A stretch of 64,000 nt of DNA from contig ONEL01000002.1 of NCBI GenBank assembly GCA_900316835.1, positions 37,976 through 101,975 on the forward strand. The letters are read 5' to 3'. Positions 8,217 through 17,437 of this stretch are shown here, one piece after another. Origin of the DNA: an uncultured Prevotellaceae bacterium. Lineage in GTDB: Bacteria > Bacteroidota > Bacteroidia > Bacteroidales > Muribaculaceae. The number at the start of each line of letters is the position of its first letter. The stretch's first letter is position 1. The translations under genes and the position numbers were made by a program. The notes beneath the pieces were generated by a model, which did not search any database, was not told where the DNA came from, and was given only the letters and a program-made list of their open reading frames with translations.

Positions 8217-9686
8217 TTAATCTTCAAGTTTGACTACAATATTTGCGTATGAATTGTTGCCTGCCGAGAAGGCGTCGTAGATGCCTTGCAGGAAGCGGTT
8301 GAGACCGAAGGTTGTGGTGGAGAATGTGGGGTCGGAAGGATTGGTGTCGGTTGTTGCCGACGACTCGTTAATCCACTGTGGGAAGTGGTTGTTGAGGGTG
8401 ATAGAGAGCTGGTCGCGCGAGATGTTAAACTTGCCCTTGGCGGTGATGAGGTGAGTCATGCCGTCGAGGTAGGTGCGGTTGTTGTTGGTGACGTCGGCTG
8501 GCACAATGGGGCGGATAGAGATCTCAAAACCGCATTGTGACTGCACGGCATAGTTGGCAGTGTTGGTAAGGAAGGCATCGTCCTTGTTGAGAGCCTTGAG
8601 GTTGGCTGCCAGGGTGAAGCACAATACCCCCGTCTCGCGGTCGCCCTCACAGTGAGTGAGGCTGCTGGCGTCGCCATGGTCGGGGCGGAAACGTCCCACG
8701 TTGTCCTTCCAGTCGGGCACGAGCTTGAAGTTGATATTAGCTTGCGCCTGGTTGAAGCGGTAGCTGTTGACGGCGCCACTGGGGTGGAGGAACTTGGCGT
8801 AGTTGTCGTCGGCTGCCATGCGGTCGATGGTAGCGGCGTCGGCAACGATAATGAGATAGAACGGCCGCTTGCCATTATAGCTGAAAGGCGCTCCGTTGTA
8901 GGGGTAATACTGTCCGTTATAGTCGCCCATGAGCTTGTTGACGATGATGGATTTTCCCTTGTAGGTCTTGAAAATAGAGGTTGCCACGCTGTTCTCCTCG
9001 TTGAGTATTTTCTCCACGCTCACGTCGGCAGTGTTTTGTGGCGAGTAGATGAGGTCGGTTACCAGTACACTCACGTTGCCTGGCTTTTGTGCTTGTATAA
9101 TTTTCTCGAAGATGAGCTTGAAATCGGTGTAGCTGGCATTGCCGGTGCCGCTTGTGCTCTGGTAGATGTTTCGGTCCTGCAGGAACGAGTCTACGGTGCC
9201 ACTGTAGGGGTAGATGTTGTCGTTCACGATGTTGATCTTTGTACCCTCCTTGCTTGGGAAGAAGTTGATGAGGTCGTTCACCGCCTTCTTGAGTTGCCCG
9301 CCACCTCCGGGGGTGTCGTAAGGTATCATTGAGCCACTGCGCTCAAAGTAGACGGTAAGCGTGAGCTCTTTCACGCCATATCCCTTGATGTTCCACGACA
9401 TGGGCGGACGCAGGTTGCTACCCACCTCGTTGATGAACTTGCTCAGTGCATCAACATTGATTTCGCCAGCCTTGGTGAGGAACTCGCCATAGCTCTCGGG
9501 ATTGCTCTTGATAATGGAGCAAATGGAGTCGTAGCGCGCCTGAGTGGTGTCGCCCTCGATTAGTGCTCGCTTGATTGCTTTCTCCAGTCCTCCGCCCCCG
9601 CAAGCCACGAGGGTGAGGCATGTGGCAACGGTTACAACTATTGCCATCAGTTGTGAATATACTCGTCTCATTGTGTTCATAGTCAA
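8217..9686 (-). CDS. lipoprotein with a vWA-like domain (variant MIDAS ERSGS)
   Basis: Lipobox LTLVAC with Cys at ~aa 29. The beta-strand plus metal-site-like motif is LTVYFERSGSM (aa ~110-120), compared with vWA DxSxS. A later hydrophobic strand is VSVLVTDLIYS (aa ~205-215), compared with vWA vvllTDG. Confidence 0.5.
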   Translation of the reverse strand: MTMNTMRRVYSQLMAIVVTVATCLTLVACGGGGLEKAIKRALIEGDTTQARYDSICSIIKSNPESYGEFLTKAGEINVDALSKFINEVGSNLRPPMSWNIKGYGVKELTLTVYFERSGSMIPYDTPGGGGQLKKAVNDLINFFPSKEGTKINIVNDNIYPYSGTVDSFLQDRNIYQSTSGTGNASYTDFKLIFEKIIQAQKPGNVSVLVTDLIYSPQNTADVSVEKILNEENSVATSIFKTYKGKSIIVNKLMGDYNGQYYPYNGAPFSYNGKRPFYLIIVADAATIDRMAADDNYAKFLHPSGAVNSYRFNQAQANINFKLVPDWKDNVGRFRPDHGDASSLTHCEGDRETGVLCFTLAANLKALNKDDAFLTNTANYAVQSQCGFEISIRPIVPADVTNNNRTYLDGMTHLITAKGKFNISRDQLSITLNNHFPQWINESSATTDTNPSDPTFSTTTFGLNRFLQGIYDAFSAGNNSYANIVVKLED

Positions 9687-9753
9687 TGTGTTTAAAAACC
9701 CTGTTTTTAATAAACTCGTTTAGCGATGAGGTGCTACTTCACCTTATAACTTG

Positions 9754-9761
9754 CAAAACTA
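9754..9761 (-). promoter_or_regulatory. candidate -7 box (TAGTTTTG on the minus strand) for the lipoprotein/4-TM pair
   Basis: Plus strand reads caaaacta, the reverse complement of TAnnTTTG. It lies ~68 nt upstream of the ATG at 9686. Confidence 0.35.
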
Positions 9762-9996
9762 CAAAAAAATATTCACTTGCACCTTATTTAAACAACAATT
9801 AAGAAAATAATTAATCGTGAAGAGGTAAAATGCAATTTCAGTGCCAAGATTTTTTTTAGATGACTGAAAGCCTAGAACTGAAGATTGTGTGATAAATAAA
9901 TAAAAATAACTACAAATTTTGTTAAATTTTTCAATCTCTGTAGCGGTTTGCTTGTGGGACTAGGTTCAAGAGTTTGCGCATGTAGAGTTTTTTTTC

Positions 9997-10004
9997 TACC
10001 TTTG
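9997..10004 (+). promoter_or_regulatory. candidate -7 box TACCTTTG for rimP-nusA-infB
   Basis: Matches TAnnTTTG, ~72 nt upstream of the rimP ATG. It is followed by a small GAGGA...TCCTC hairpin. Confidence 0.45.
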
Positions 10005-10075
10005 CAACGCAATTCCACGAGGAGGGGGCTCTGAAGCTTCCTCTATTTTGTTATAATTTTGACAAGAAAAAAGTT

Positions 10076-10540
10076 ATGATTGACAAGAAAGAACTCACAG
10101 CAGTGATTGAGAAGGCGCTTGAGGGTAGCAAGATGTTTCTTGTTGACCTCAAAGTGAGTGGCGACAATGTGATTGACGTTCAGCTCGACAGCCTCGAGAG
10201 TATTACCATCGACGACTGCATTGCCGTTAACGATGCGGTGCACGAGGCATTTGACCAGGACGTTGAGGACTATGAGCTCACAGTGGGTTCCTACAGCTTG
10301 ACCGACCCATTCAAGGTGCTCAAGCAATATGAGAAAAACCTGGGTGGCGAGGTGGAAGTGCTCACTACCGACGGTCGCAAGCTTCATGGCACGCTCACTG
10401 CCGTTGACACAGAGCAATTTACCATCACCATTCCCACCAAGGTGAAGGTCGAAGGCAAGAAGCGCCCCGAGGTGCAAGACGTGGAGCACACCTTCAAATA
10501 TGACGAAATCAAATACACTAAAAATATCATTCAGTTTTAA
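10076..10540 (+). CDS. rimP: ribosome maturation factor RimP
   Basis: 154-aa ORF immediately upstream of nusA-infB (the conserved operon order). The size and N-terminal pattern are RimP-like (LTAVIEKALEGSKMFLVDLKVSG). Confidence 0.85.
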   Translation: MIDKKELTAVIEKALEGSKMFLVDLKVSGDNVIDVQLDSLESITIDDCIAVNDAVHEAFDQDVEDYELTVGSYSLTDPFKVLKQYEKNLGGEVEVLTTDGRKLHGTLTAVDTEQFTITIPTKVKVEGKKRPEVQDVEHTFKYDEIKYTKNIIQF

Positions 10541-10548
10541 AAAGACCT

Positions 10549-11811
10549 ATGGCTAAGAAAGTAGAAATGGTCGATATGGCCGACCAGTTTGCGGAGTTTA
10601 AAGAATTGAAAAACATCGACAAGACCACTATGATTAGTGTCTTGGAAGAGTCGTTCCGTAGCGTGATTGCCAAGATGTTTGGCAGCGACGAGAATTTCGA
10701 CGTTATCATGAACCCCGACAAGGGCGATTGCGAGATTTACCAAAATCTTGAGGTTGTCCCCGATGGCGAAGTGCAAAACCCCAACCAGGAAATTGGTCTG
10801 ACCGATGCCCGAAATGATGCCGAGAGTCCTGACCCTGATTGCGAAATAGGCGAGGAACACACTCGCAAAATCGACTTCGCAAAGTTTGGACGCCGCGCCA
10901 TCCTGAACTTGCGCCAAACTCTTGCCAGTAAAATCCTTGACTTGCAGAAGGACGCCATCTACAATAAGTTTAAGGACTTGGAAGGCGAACTCGTGAGCGG
11001 CGAGGTTTATCAAACCTGGAAGCGTGAGGTGCTGCTACTTGATGATGATAAGAACGAGCTCATCCTGCCCAAGGATCAGCAAATTCCCACCGACATCTAT
11101 CACAAGGGCGACACCGTGAGAGCCGTCATCCACAAGGTTGATAACCAGAATAATAACCCCAAGATTATAGTTTCGCGCACTAGTGAGCAGTTCCTGCGCC
11201 GACTATTTGAACTGGAGGTTCCCGAAATTCACGACGGACTCATCGTCATCCGTGCCGTGGCTCGCAAGCCAGGTGAGCGCGCTAAGATTGCCGTTGAGAG
11301 CTACGACGACCGCATCGACCCTGTGGGTGCTTGTGTGGGCGTGAAGGGTGGTCGCATTCATGGCATCGTGCGTGAGTTGCGCAACGAGAACATTGATGTT
11401 ATCAACTACACAGCCGACCCCGTGCTCTTCATCCAGCGTGCTCTTAGCCCAGCCAAGATTACAACCATCCGCATCGATGAGGAAACCAAGCGTGCCGAGG
11501 TGTTCCTGCGTCCTGAGGAGGTGTCACTTGCCATTGGTCGTGGTGGCTTGAACATCAAGCTCGCTTCAATGCTCTCGGGCTACACAATCGATGTGTATCG
11601 TGACCTCGACAACGATGAGGACGACGTGTACCTGGATCGCTTCAATGATGAAATTGACCAGTGGGTTATTGACGCTCTCAAGTCGATAGGTTGCGCAACC
11701 GCCAAGGCTGTTCTCAACACTCCCCGCCAGGAGCTTATCGACCGTGCCGACCTTGAGGAAGACACCGTCGACGAGGTTCTTGACATCCTGCGTGCCGAGT
11801 TTGAGGACTAA
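10549..11811 (+). CDS. nusA: transcription termination/antitermination factor NusA
   Basis: 420 aa. It has an S1-like region (GELVSGEVYQTWKREVLL), KH-domain GxxG motifs (GACVGVKGGRIHGIVRELRNENIDVI; AIGRGGLNIKLA) and the rimP-nusA-infB context. Confidence 0.95.
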   Translation: MAKKVEMVDMADQFAEFKELKNIDKTTMISVLEESFRSVIAKMFGSDENFDVIMNPDKGDCEIYQNLEVVPDGEVQNPNQEIGLTDARNDAESPDPDCEIGEEHTRKIDFAKFGRRAILNLRQTLASKILDLQKDAIYNKFKDLEGELVSGEVYQTWKREVLLLDDDKNELILPKDQQIPTDIYHKGDTVRAVIHKVDNQNNNPKIIVSRTSEQFLRRLFELEVPEIHDGLIVIRAVARKPGERAKIAVESYDDRIDPVGACVGVKGGRIHGIVRELRNENIDVINYTADPVLFIQRALSPAKITTIRIDEETKRAEVFLRPEEVSLAIGRGGLNIKLASMLSGYTIDVYRDLDNDEDDVYLDRFNDEIDQWVIDALKSIGCATAKAVLNTPRQELIDRADLEEDTVDEVLDILRAEFED

Positions 11812-11900
11812 AAATGCGCGACACCCTTTAAGAAACTATAAAAAGCACACACTCTCTACTATACATAAAATAAAGAATACAAAACTCGTTATCAACTTCT

Positions 11901-14732
11901 ATGCGTGTAAAATTAAGTAAGATTATTAAAGATTTGAATGTTGGACAACAGACTATCAAGGACTTCTTTGAAAAAAAGAAGATTGATATAGATGTTACCC
12001 CCAACACCAAGATTGGTGAGGACGTGCTGGATATCCTCATCAAGGAATTTAAACCCGACATGGAGCAGAAACTCAAGTCGGAATACCTCACTAGTGCCCG
12101 GCAAAAGGAGAAAGAAAAGACCAAGCAAGCCGAAGCCGAGGATGCTGCACCCAAGCAACCCGAGGAAGCAAAAACCGAGATCGAGCTACGCAAGCCCAAG
12201 GTGATAGGGAAAATTGACCTCGACGCTGCGGGTAAGCCAGCCAAGAAAGAAGAGGCTCCCAAGCAGGAAGGGGCTCCCAAGCAGGAGGACGTGCCCGCTG
12301 TGGAACCCGAAGAGAAACCTGCACCAGCCGCACCAGTCGAGGAACCAGTACAGGAAGTTCAACCTCAAGCTCAAGAAGAAACTCAGCCCATTGTTGAGGA
12401 AACTCCTCAAGAGCCTGAAGTAGCTGCACCTCAAGCCCCTGTGGCTCAGGAAGAACCCGCTGCTGCCCAGCCCGTTCAGAGCAGTGAGCCCGAGGAAAGT
12501 AAAGAAGAGATTTTCACCACAGGAGTGCCCTCGTTGAAGACCAGCATCAACGTGGTGGGCAAAATTGACCTCTCGGCAATCAACCAGTCAACTCGTCCCA
12601 AGAAGAAGACTAAGGAAGAGCGTCGCCAGGAACGCCTGGCAAAGGAGAAAGCCCGCCAGGGTGAGGATGGCGTGAAGAAAAAACGCCGTCGCATAGGCCG
12701 TGAGAAGGTTGATATTGAAAAAGCCGCCCAGCAAATTCAGAGCAATGGCGGTGGTGGCAAAAACGCAAAGAAAGATAACGAGTCTAGCAAGAAGAAAGAT
12801 AAGAAAGCTAAACGCCCATTGCGCCCTCAAATTAATGAGGAGGACGTTCAGCGCCAAGTGAAGGAGACACTTGCTCGTCTCACCACCAAGAAGCAGAACA
12901 TGGGTGCCAAGTGGCGTCGTGAGAAACGCGAAGCCGTGCGCGAGGAGGAGAGCAAGGAGGCTGCATTGCAAGCTGCCGAGCGCAAAATCCTCAAGCTCAC
13001 CGAGTTTGTTACCGCCAACGACCTGGCGATGATGATGAACGTGCCCATCAACAAGGTGATAGGCACATGCATGAATCTGGGTGTAATGGTTTCAATCAAC
13101 CAGCGCCTCGATGCCGAGACTATCAACATTGTAGCCGAGGAGTTTGGGTTCAAGACTGAATATGAGAGTGCCGATGTGGTAGAGGCAATACATGAGGAGG
13201 AAGACCGTCCCGAGGACTTGCAGCAGCGCCCGCCAGTGGTTACCGTGATGGGTCACGTGGACCATGGTAAGACCTCGTTGCTCGACTACATTCGCAAGAG
13301 TAATGTGATTGCCGGTGAGGCTGGTGGTATCACACAGCACATTGGTGCCTACAATGTGAAGCTGCCTAACGGTCGCCGCATCACCTTCCTCGACACTCCT
13401 GGTCACGAGGCGTTTACTGCCATGCGTGCCCGTGGTGCCAAGGTTACCGATATCGTTATCGTTATTGTCGCCGCCGATGACAATGTGATGCCTCAAACCA
13501 AGGAGGCTCTCAACCATGCCTCGGCAGCTGGAGTACCCATCGTCTTCGCTATCAACAAGATTGATAAAGATGGAGCTAACCCTGAGAAGATTAAGGAAGA
13601 GCTCGCTAACATGAACTACCTCGTCGAGGACTGGGGTGGTAAGTATCAAAGCCAGGACATCTCGGCCAAGAAGGGTATTGGCGTGGAGGAACTCATGGAG
13701 AAGGTACTCCTTGAGGCCGACATGCTGGACCTCAAAGCCAACCCCGACCGCAAGGCTACTGGCTCAATCATTGAGTCATCGCTCGACAAGGGACGTGGCT
13801 ACATTGCCACTGTGCTCGTTGATAACGGCACGCTGAGAGTGGGTGACATTGTGCTCGCCGGTACTCACTATGGTAAGGTAAAGGCTATGTTCAACGAGCG
13901 CAACCAGCGCATCAAGGAGGCAGGACCATCGTCACCGGCGCTGATACTGGGCTTGAATGGCGCTCCCACTGCTGGCGACAAGTTTAATGTGATGGACACT
14001 GACCAGGAGGCGCGTCAAATTGCCAACAAGCGCGAGCAACTGCAACGCGAGCTTGGCCTTCGCACTCAAAAACGTGTCACTCTCGAGGACATTGGTCGTC
14101 GCCGTGCCCTAGGTGACTTCCATGAGCTCAACGTCATCGTTAAGGGTGATGTGGACGGCTCGATTGAGGCCCTGGGCGACTCGCTCATCAAGCTCTCTAC
14201 TCCTGAGGTTCAGGTGAACGTTATTCACAAGGCTGTGGGTGCCATCAGCGAGAGCGATGTTACTCTGGCTGCGGCTAGCGATGCCTATATCATTGGCTTC
14301 CAGGTGCGTCCATCGGCCGACGCTAAACGTCTTGCCGCTCAAGAGGGTGTCGACATCCGCATCTATTCTATCATCTACGATGCTATTGAGGAAATCAAGA
14401 GCGCCATGGAAGGTATGCTCTCGCCCGACATCAAGGAAGAAGTTATTGGTAGTGCCGAAGTTAAAGAGGTTTACCACATCAGCAAGGTGGGTACCATTGC
14501 CGGTGCCATGGTCAAGGAAGGTAAGCTCAAGCGTGGATGCAAGGTGCGCCTCATTCGCGATGGTATCGTGCGTTTCACCGGCAACCTGGCATCGCTCAAG
14601 CGCTTCAAGGACGACGCTAAGGAGGTTGCCAGTGGCTATGAGTGCGGATTTAGCATTCAGAGCTACAACGACATCGTGGTTGGCGACATCGTCGAAGCCT
14701 TCGAGGAAATCGAGGTTCAGAAGACACTTTAA
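11901..14732 (+). CDS. infB: translation initiation factor IF-2
   Basis: 943 aa. G-domain motifs are [17 protein letters not shown] and NKIDK. The N-terminal region is low-complexity and K/E/P/Q-rich. Confidence 0.97.
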   Translation: MRVKLSKIIKDLNVGQQTIKDFFEKKKIDIDVTPNTKIGEDVLDILIKEFKPDMEQKLKSEYLTSARQKEKEKTKQAEAEDAAPKQPEEAKTEIELRKPKVIGKIDLDAAGKPAKKEEAPKQEGAPKQEDVPAVEPEEKPAPAAPVEEPVQEVQPQAQEETQPIVEETPQEPEVAAPQAPVAQEEPAAAQPVQSSEPEESKEEIFTTGVPSLKTSINVVGKIDLSAINQSTRPKKKTKEERRQERLAKEKARQGEDGVKKKRRRIGREKVDIEKAAQQIQSNGGGGKNAKKDNESSKKKDKKAKRPLRPQINEEDVQRQVKETLARLTTKKQNMGAKWRREKREAVREEESKEAALQAAERKILKLTEFVTANDLAMMMNVPINKVIGTCMNLGVMVSINQRLDAETINIVAEEFGFKTEYESADVVEAIHEEEDRPEDLQQRPPVVTVMGHVDHGKTSLLDYIRKSNVIAGEAGGITQHIGAYNVKLPNGRRITFLDTPGHEAFTAMRARGAKVTDIVIVIVAADDNVMPQTKEALNHASAAGVPIVFAINKIDKDGANPEKIKEELANMNYLVEDWGGKYQSQDISAKKGIGVEELMEKVLLEADMLDLKANPDRKATGSIIESSLDKGRGYIATVLVDNGTLRVGDIVLAGTHYGKVKAMFNERNQRIKEAGPSSPALILGLNGAPTAGDKFNVMDTDQEARQIANKREQLQRELGLRTQKRVTLEDIGRRRALGDFHELNVIVKGDVDGSIEALGDSLIKLSTPEVQVNVIHKAVGAISESDVTLAAASDAYIIGFQVRPSADAKRLAAQEGVDIRIYSIIYDAIEEIKSAMEGMLSPDIKEEVIGSAEVKEVYHISKVGTIAGAMVKEGKLKRGCKVRLIRDGIVRFTGNLASLKRFKDDAKEVASGYECGFSIQSYNDIVVGDIVEAFEEIEVQKTL

Positions 14733-14769
14733 AAGCTCTTCTAGCAACCTTACATCAATAATAAACATT

Positions 14770-14818
14770 GGGTCTAGACAGTCTAGTAATTCTAGAGTTT
14801 CTAGACCCTTTCTTTTAA
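14770..14818 (+). terminator. intrinsic terminator of infB built from four 9-bp TCTAGA units
   Basis: GGGTCTAGA (14770..14778) pairs with TCTAGACCC (14800..14808), followed by TTTCTTTT. The internal units are TCTAGACAG TCTAGTAAT TCTAGAGTT TCTAGACCC. Confidence 0.65.
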
Positions 14819-14827
14819 GAAATAATC

Positions 14828-15325
14828 ATGATGATTTACTACCTGAACATAGGTTCTAATCTCGATGACCGCGAGGGAAACTTGTGGGCTGCCGACTTGC
14901 GTCTGTCACTCGACTTGGGGCTAGTGCTAGCACGCTCAGCTATCATTGAAACCCCGGCATGGGGCTTCGAGAGCGACAACGCTTTTCTTAACATGGGCAT
15001 TGCCGTGGAATGTGCGCTTGAACCACTTGAGGTGCTCAACGTCATTCACAACATTGAGCACGAACTCAACATGGGGCAAGGACACCGTGACAGTGAGGGC
15101 AACTACATTGACCGCCTCGTCGACATCGACATCATGGCTATCGACAACCTTGTTATCGATTTGCCACAGCTCACAGTGCCGCACCGTCACTTGCCGCACC
15201 GTGAGTTTTTCCTCCGTCCCATGGCTCAGATAGCTCCCCACTGGCTCCACCCCACTCTCCATCTCACCGCCCAGCAAATGCTTGATGAGCTCGATGTTAA
15301 TCAAGAAATGACCCCAAAGAGTTAG
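14828..15325 (+). CDS. folK: 2-amino-4-hydroxy-6-hydroxymethyldihydropteridine diphosphokinase (HPPK)
   Basis: 165 aa. The pattern is YLNIGSNL..REGNL...TPAWGFES..FLNM...IEHELN...IDIDIM...LTVPHRHLPHREFFLRPMAQIAP, typical of HPPK. Confidence 0.8.
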   Translation: MMIYYLNIGSNLDDREGNLWAADLRLSLDLGLVLARSAIIETPAWGFESDNAFLNMGIAVECALEPLEVLNVIHNIEHELNMGQGHRDSEGNYIDRLVDIDIMAIDNLVIDLPQLTVPHRHLPHREFFLRPMAQIAPHWLHPTLHLTAQQMLDELDVNQEMTPKS

Positions 15326-15381
15326 ATAGTAAACTCCGTGGGGTCATTTCGTTTTAATTGCTGCAAGTGGCAGGAAGATAG

Positions 15382-15768
15382 TTACTTCTTCTTTGCCTCT
15401 TGAGGTTGGGGTTGTTCTTGTTCGAGAACTTTTTGCTTGGCATCGAGCGCCGCGTTAATCTTGGCGCGATACTCCTTATCAAAGACGGCGCGCACCGAGT
15501 CGGTGACAATGGCTTGCTCGTCGGTAGTAGAGTCGGTCTTGTACTTGTAGGCCTCATAGAAGACGGTCTCCAACGAGTCGAGGCGCACCTTGAGTGCGTC
15601 ATAGTCTTCGCGTGTGGTTACCTGTGCCGTGTCAATAGCCGCTTCAAGGCTCTTGTTGAGCTGGGTAGCCTCTTGTTGCACATCGAAGTTGAGTTTGTTA
15701 TCCGAACCCGAGCATGACGATATAATCGTTGCTAGTGTTGCCAAAGATAAAAATAAATACTTTTTCAT
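15382..15768 (-). CDS. hypothetical lipoprotein
   Basis: 128 aa. Lipobox LATIISSC. The mature part is helical and charged. Confidence 0.55.
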   Translation of the reverse strand: MKKYLFLSLATLATIISSCSGSDNKLNFDVQQEATQLNKSLEAAIDTAQVTTREDYDALKVRLDSLETVFYEAYKYKTDSTTDEQAIVTDSVRAVFDKEYRAKINAALDAKQKVLEQEQPQPQEAKKK

Positions 15769-15793
15769 TGCTAATCAATTTATAATAAGATTA

Positions 15794-17344
15794 TTACTTA
15801 GCTACCTTCTCCAAGCGCTTGAGCATTGCAAACATGAAGATTGCCGCAATCACGCACAGGGCGATGAGGATAGCCCAGTTGTACATGAGCGGAATTTTGT
15901 TCCACAACATTGATGGAATGGAGCTCAGGTAGTTACCTATGGCGGTAGCCACAAACCAGCCTCCCATCATGAGACCCTTGTACTTGGGGGGAGCCACCTT
16001 CGACACAAAACTGATGCCCATGGGCGAGAGGAACAGCTCGGCGATAGTGAGTGTGAAGTAGGTGCCTATGAGCCACGATGGCGACAACACACTCTGCGTG
16101 CTATCTCCCAAGTCCATGGGAGAGGTGAGGCCTATAGATGCAAGGGTTATAACGCCAAATCCCACTGCCGCCAAAAGCATACCCCAGGCAATGCGAGCAG
16201 GAGCACTAATGGCATGATTGCGTGTCGCCAAAACGCCAAAGAAGAGGATACTGAACGGTGTGAGGGCCACAACAAAGAATGGATTAAACTGCTGGAAATC
16301 GCTGGGCTGTGCCATAGTGGGGTTGTCCATTCCCAGGAATAAGACTATTGCTAAAGCCACAAGCGCTACTGTAGACACACCACAAATGATGCGCGTCTTT
16401 TTCTTCTCGCTTTGGAATGTGGCAAAACCGGTGTAAATGGCAAGCGCAATTAATGCCAAAGAGAAAATGTTGAACCAGATGCGCATGCCTCCAGAGACAG
16501 AAAGATTGGTGTACTTCTTAGCAAAGAAAGTGAGTGCCGAGCCATTCTGATGGAAGGCCATCCAGAAGAAGATTACAACGGCAAACACCAGCAACAATGC
16601 AGTGATGCGCTCTTTGGTTTGGGCCGGGGTGAGTTCTTCCACAGTAGCATTGTCTTCTTTAGCTTGCTTTGCAGTCTTCATAGCGTCTTTAAACCAGCTT
16701 TTGCAAGCAAAGTAGATGACAGCACTTAACACAAGCGACACACAAGCCACACCAAAGCACAGTCCGTAACCTCCATACAGAGCTTGCAGGTAGTCGGGCG
16801 AGACATTGGCGGCATCGTAGGTGAAGCCATAGTTACTAAGGTATTGATTAGTAATCCACTTTGCCATTGATGGCGCAAACATGGCGCCAATGTTGATAGC
16901 CATGTAGAACAGTGAGAATGCGTCGTCGCGACGGTCGGCATATTTGGGATTGTCATAAAGGTTACCTATCATTACCTGCAGGTTACCTTTAAACAGACCT
17001 GTGCCAAGCGACACACAAGCCAGACCAGCATACATAGCGACAAGGCCCGTGGTATCGGCATCTGTGGGTATCGCCAGTCCCAAGTAGCCCAGGAACATTG
17101 TGAGCATACCTATGGTAACACACTTGCCATAGCCAATTTTGTCGGCCAGCATGCCACCAAAGAGCGGTGCAAAGTAAACCACAGCAAGGAATATGGCATA
17201 GACTTGTCCTGCCTGAGCCTCGCTCCATCCAAATTTTGCCTGCATAAACAGAGCAAAAATCGCAAGCATCGTGTAGTAGCCAAAGCGTTCGCCGGTGTTG
17301 GCAAGCGCCAGGGCAAACAAGCCTTTAGGTTGATTTTTAAACAT
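15794..17344 (-). CDS. POT/PTR2 family peptide:proton symporter
   Basis: PTR2 signature LANTGERFGYYTM and a multi-TM MFS profile. The start is moved to the ATG at 17344 (MFKNQPKGLF, parallel to the paralogue's MFKGHPKGLI), because the longer track ORF would read through the hairpin at 17381..17412. Confidence 0.85.
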   Translation of the reverse strand: MFKNQPKGLFALALANTGERFGYYTMLAIFALFMQAKFGWSEAQAGQVYAIFLAVVYFAPLFGGMLADKIGYGKCVTIGMLTMFLGYLGLAIPTDADTTGLVAMYAGLACVSLGTGLFKGNLQVMIGNLYDNPKYADRRDDAFSLFYMAINIGAMFAPSMAKWITNQYLSNYGFTYDAANVSPDYLQALYGGYGLCFGVACVSLVLSAVIYFACKSWFKDAMKTAKQAKEDNATVEELTPAQTKERITALLLVFAVVIFFWMAFHQNGSALTFFAKKYTNLSVSGGMRIWFNIFSLALIALAIYTGFATFQSEKKKTRIICGVSTVALVALAIVLFLGMDNPTMAQPSDFQQFNPFFVVALTPFSILFFGVLATRNHAISAPARIAWGMLLAAVGFGVITLASIGLTSPMDLGDSTQSVLSPSWLIGTYFTLTIAELFLSPMGISFVSKVAPPKYKGLMMGGWFVATAIGNYLSSIPSMLWNKIPLMYNWAILIALCVIAAIFMFAMLKRLEKVAK

Positions 17345-17380
17345 AACTCGATATTTAGTTTTAAAATTATCATTAACAAA

Positions 17381-17412
17381 GCCGAGGGAGTGATGTCGCA
17401 CAGCCCCTCGGC
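17381..17412. terminator. hairpin between the two POT genes
   Basis: GCCGAGGG (17381..17388) pairs with CCCTCGGC (17405..17412). T-rich sequence lies on both sides (TTTTTATT on plus; TTTGTT on minus). Confidence 0.4.
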
Positions 17413-17437
17413 TTTTTATTGTCTTTATAAGGTGTTA

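Noticed and set aside
9940-9990. A tRNA-like fragment (ggttcaagag) in the long intergenic region upstream of rimP.
   Set aside because: Only a T-arm-like pentamer is present. No acceptor or anticodon stems can be drawn.
17345-17401. The longer N-terminus (MRHHSLGFVNDNFKTKYRV) of the first POT transporter.
   Set aside because: The extension overlaps the inter-paralogue hairpin at 17381..17412, and the paralogue starts at the equivalent MFKxxPKG. The ATG at 17344 is preferred.
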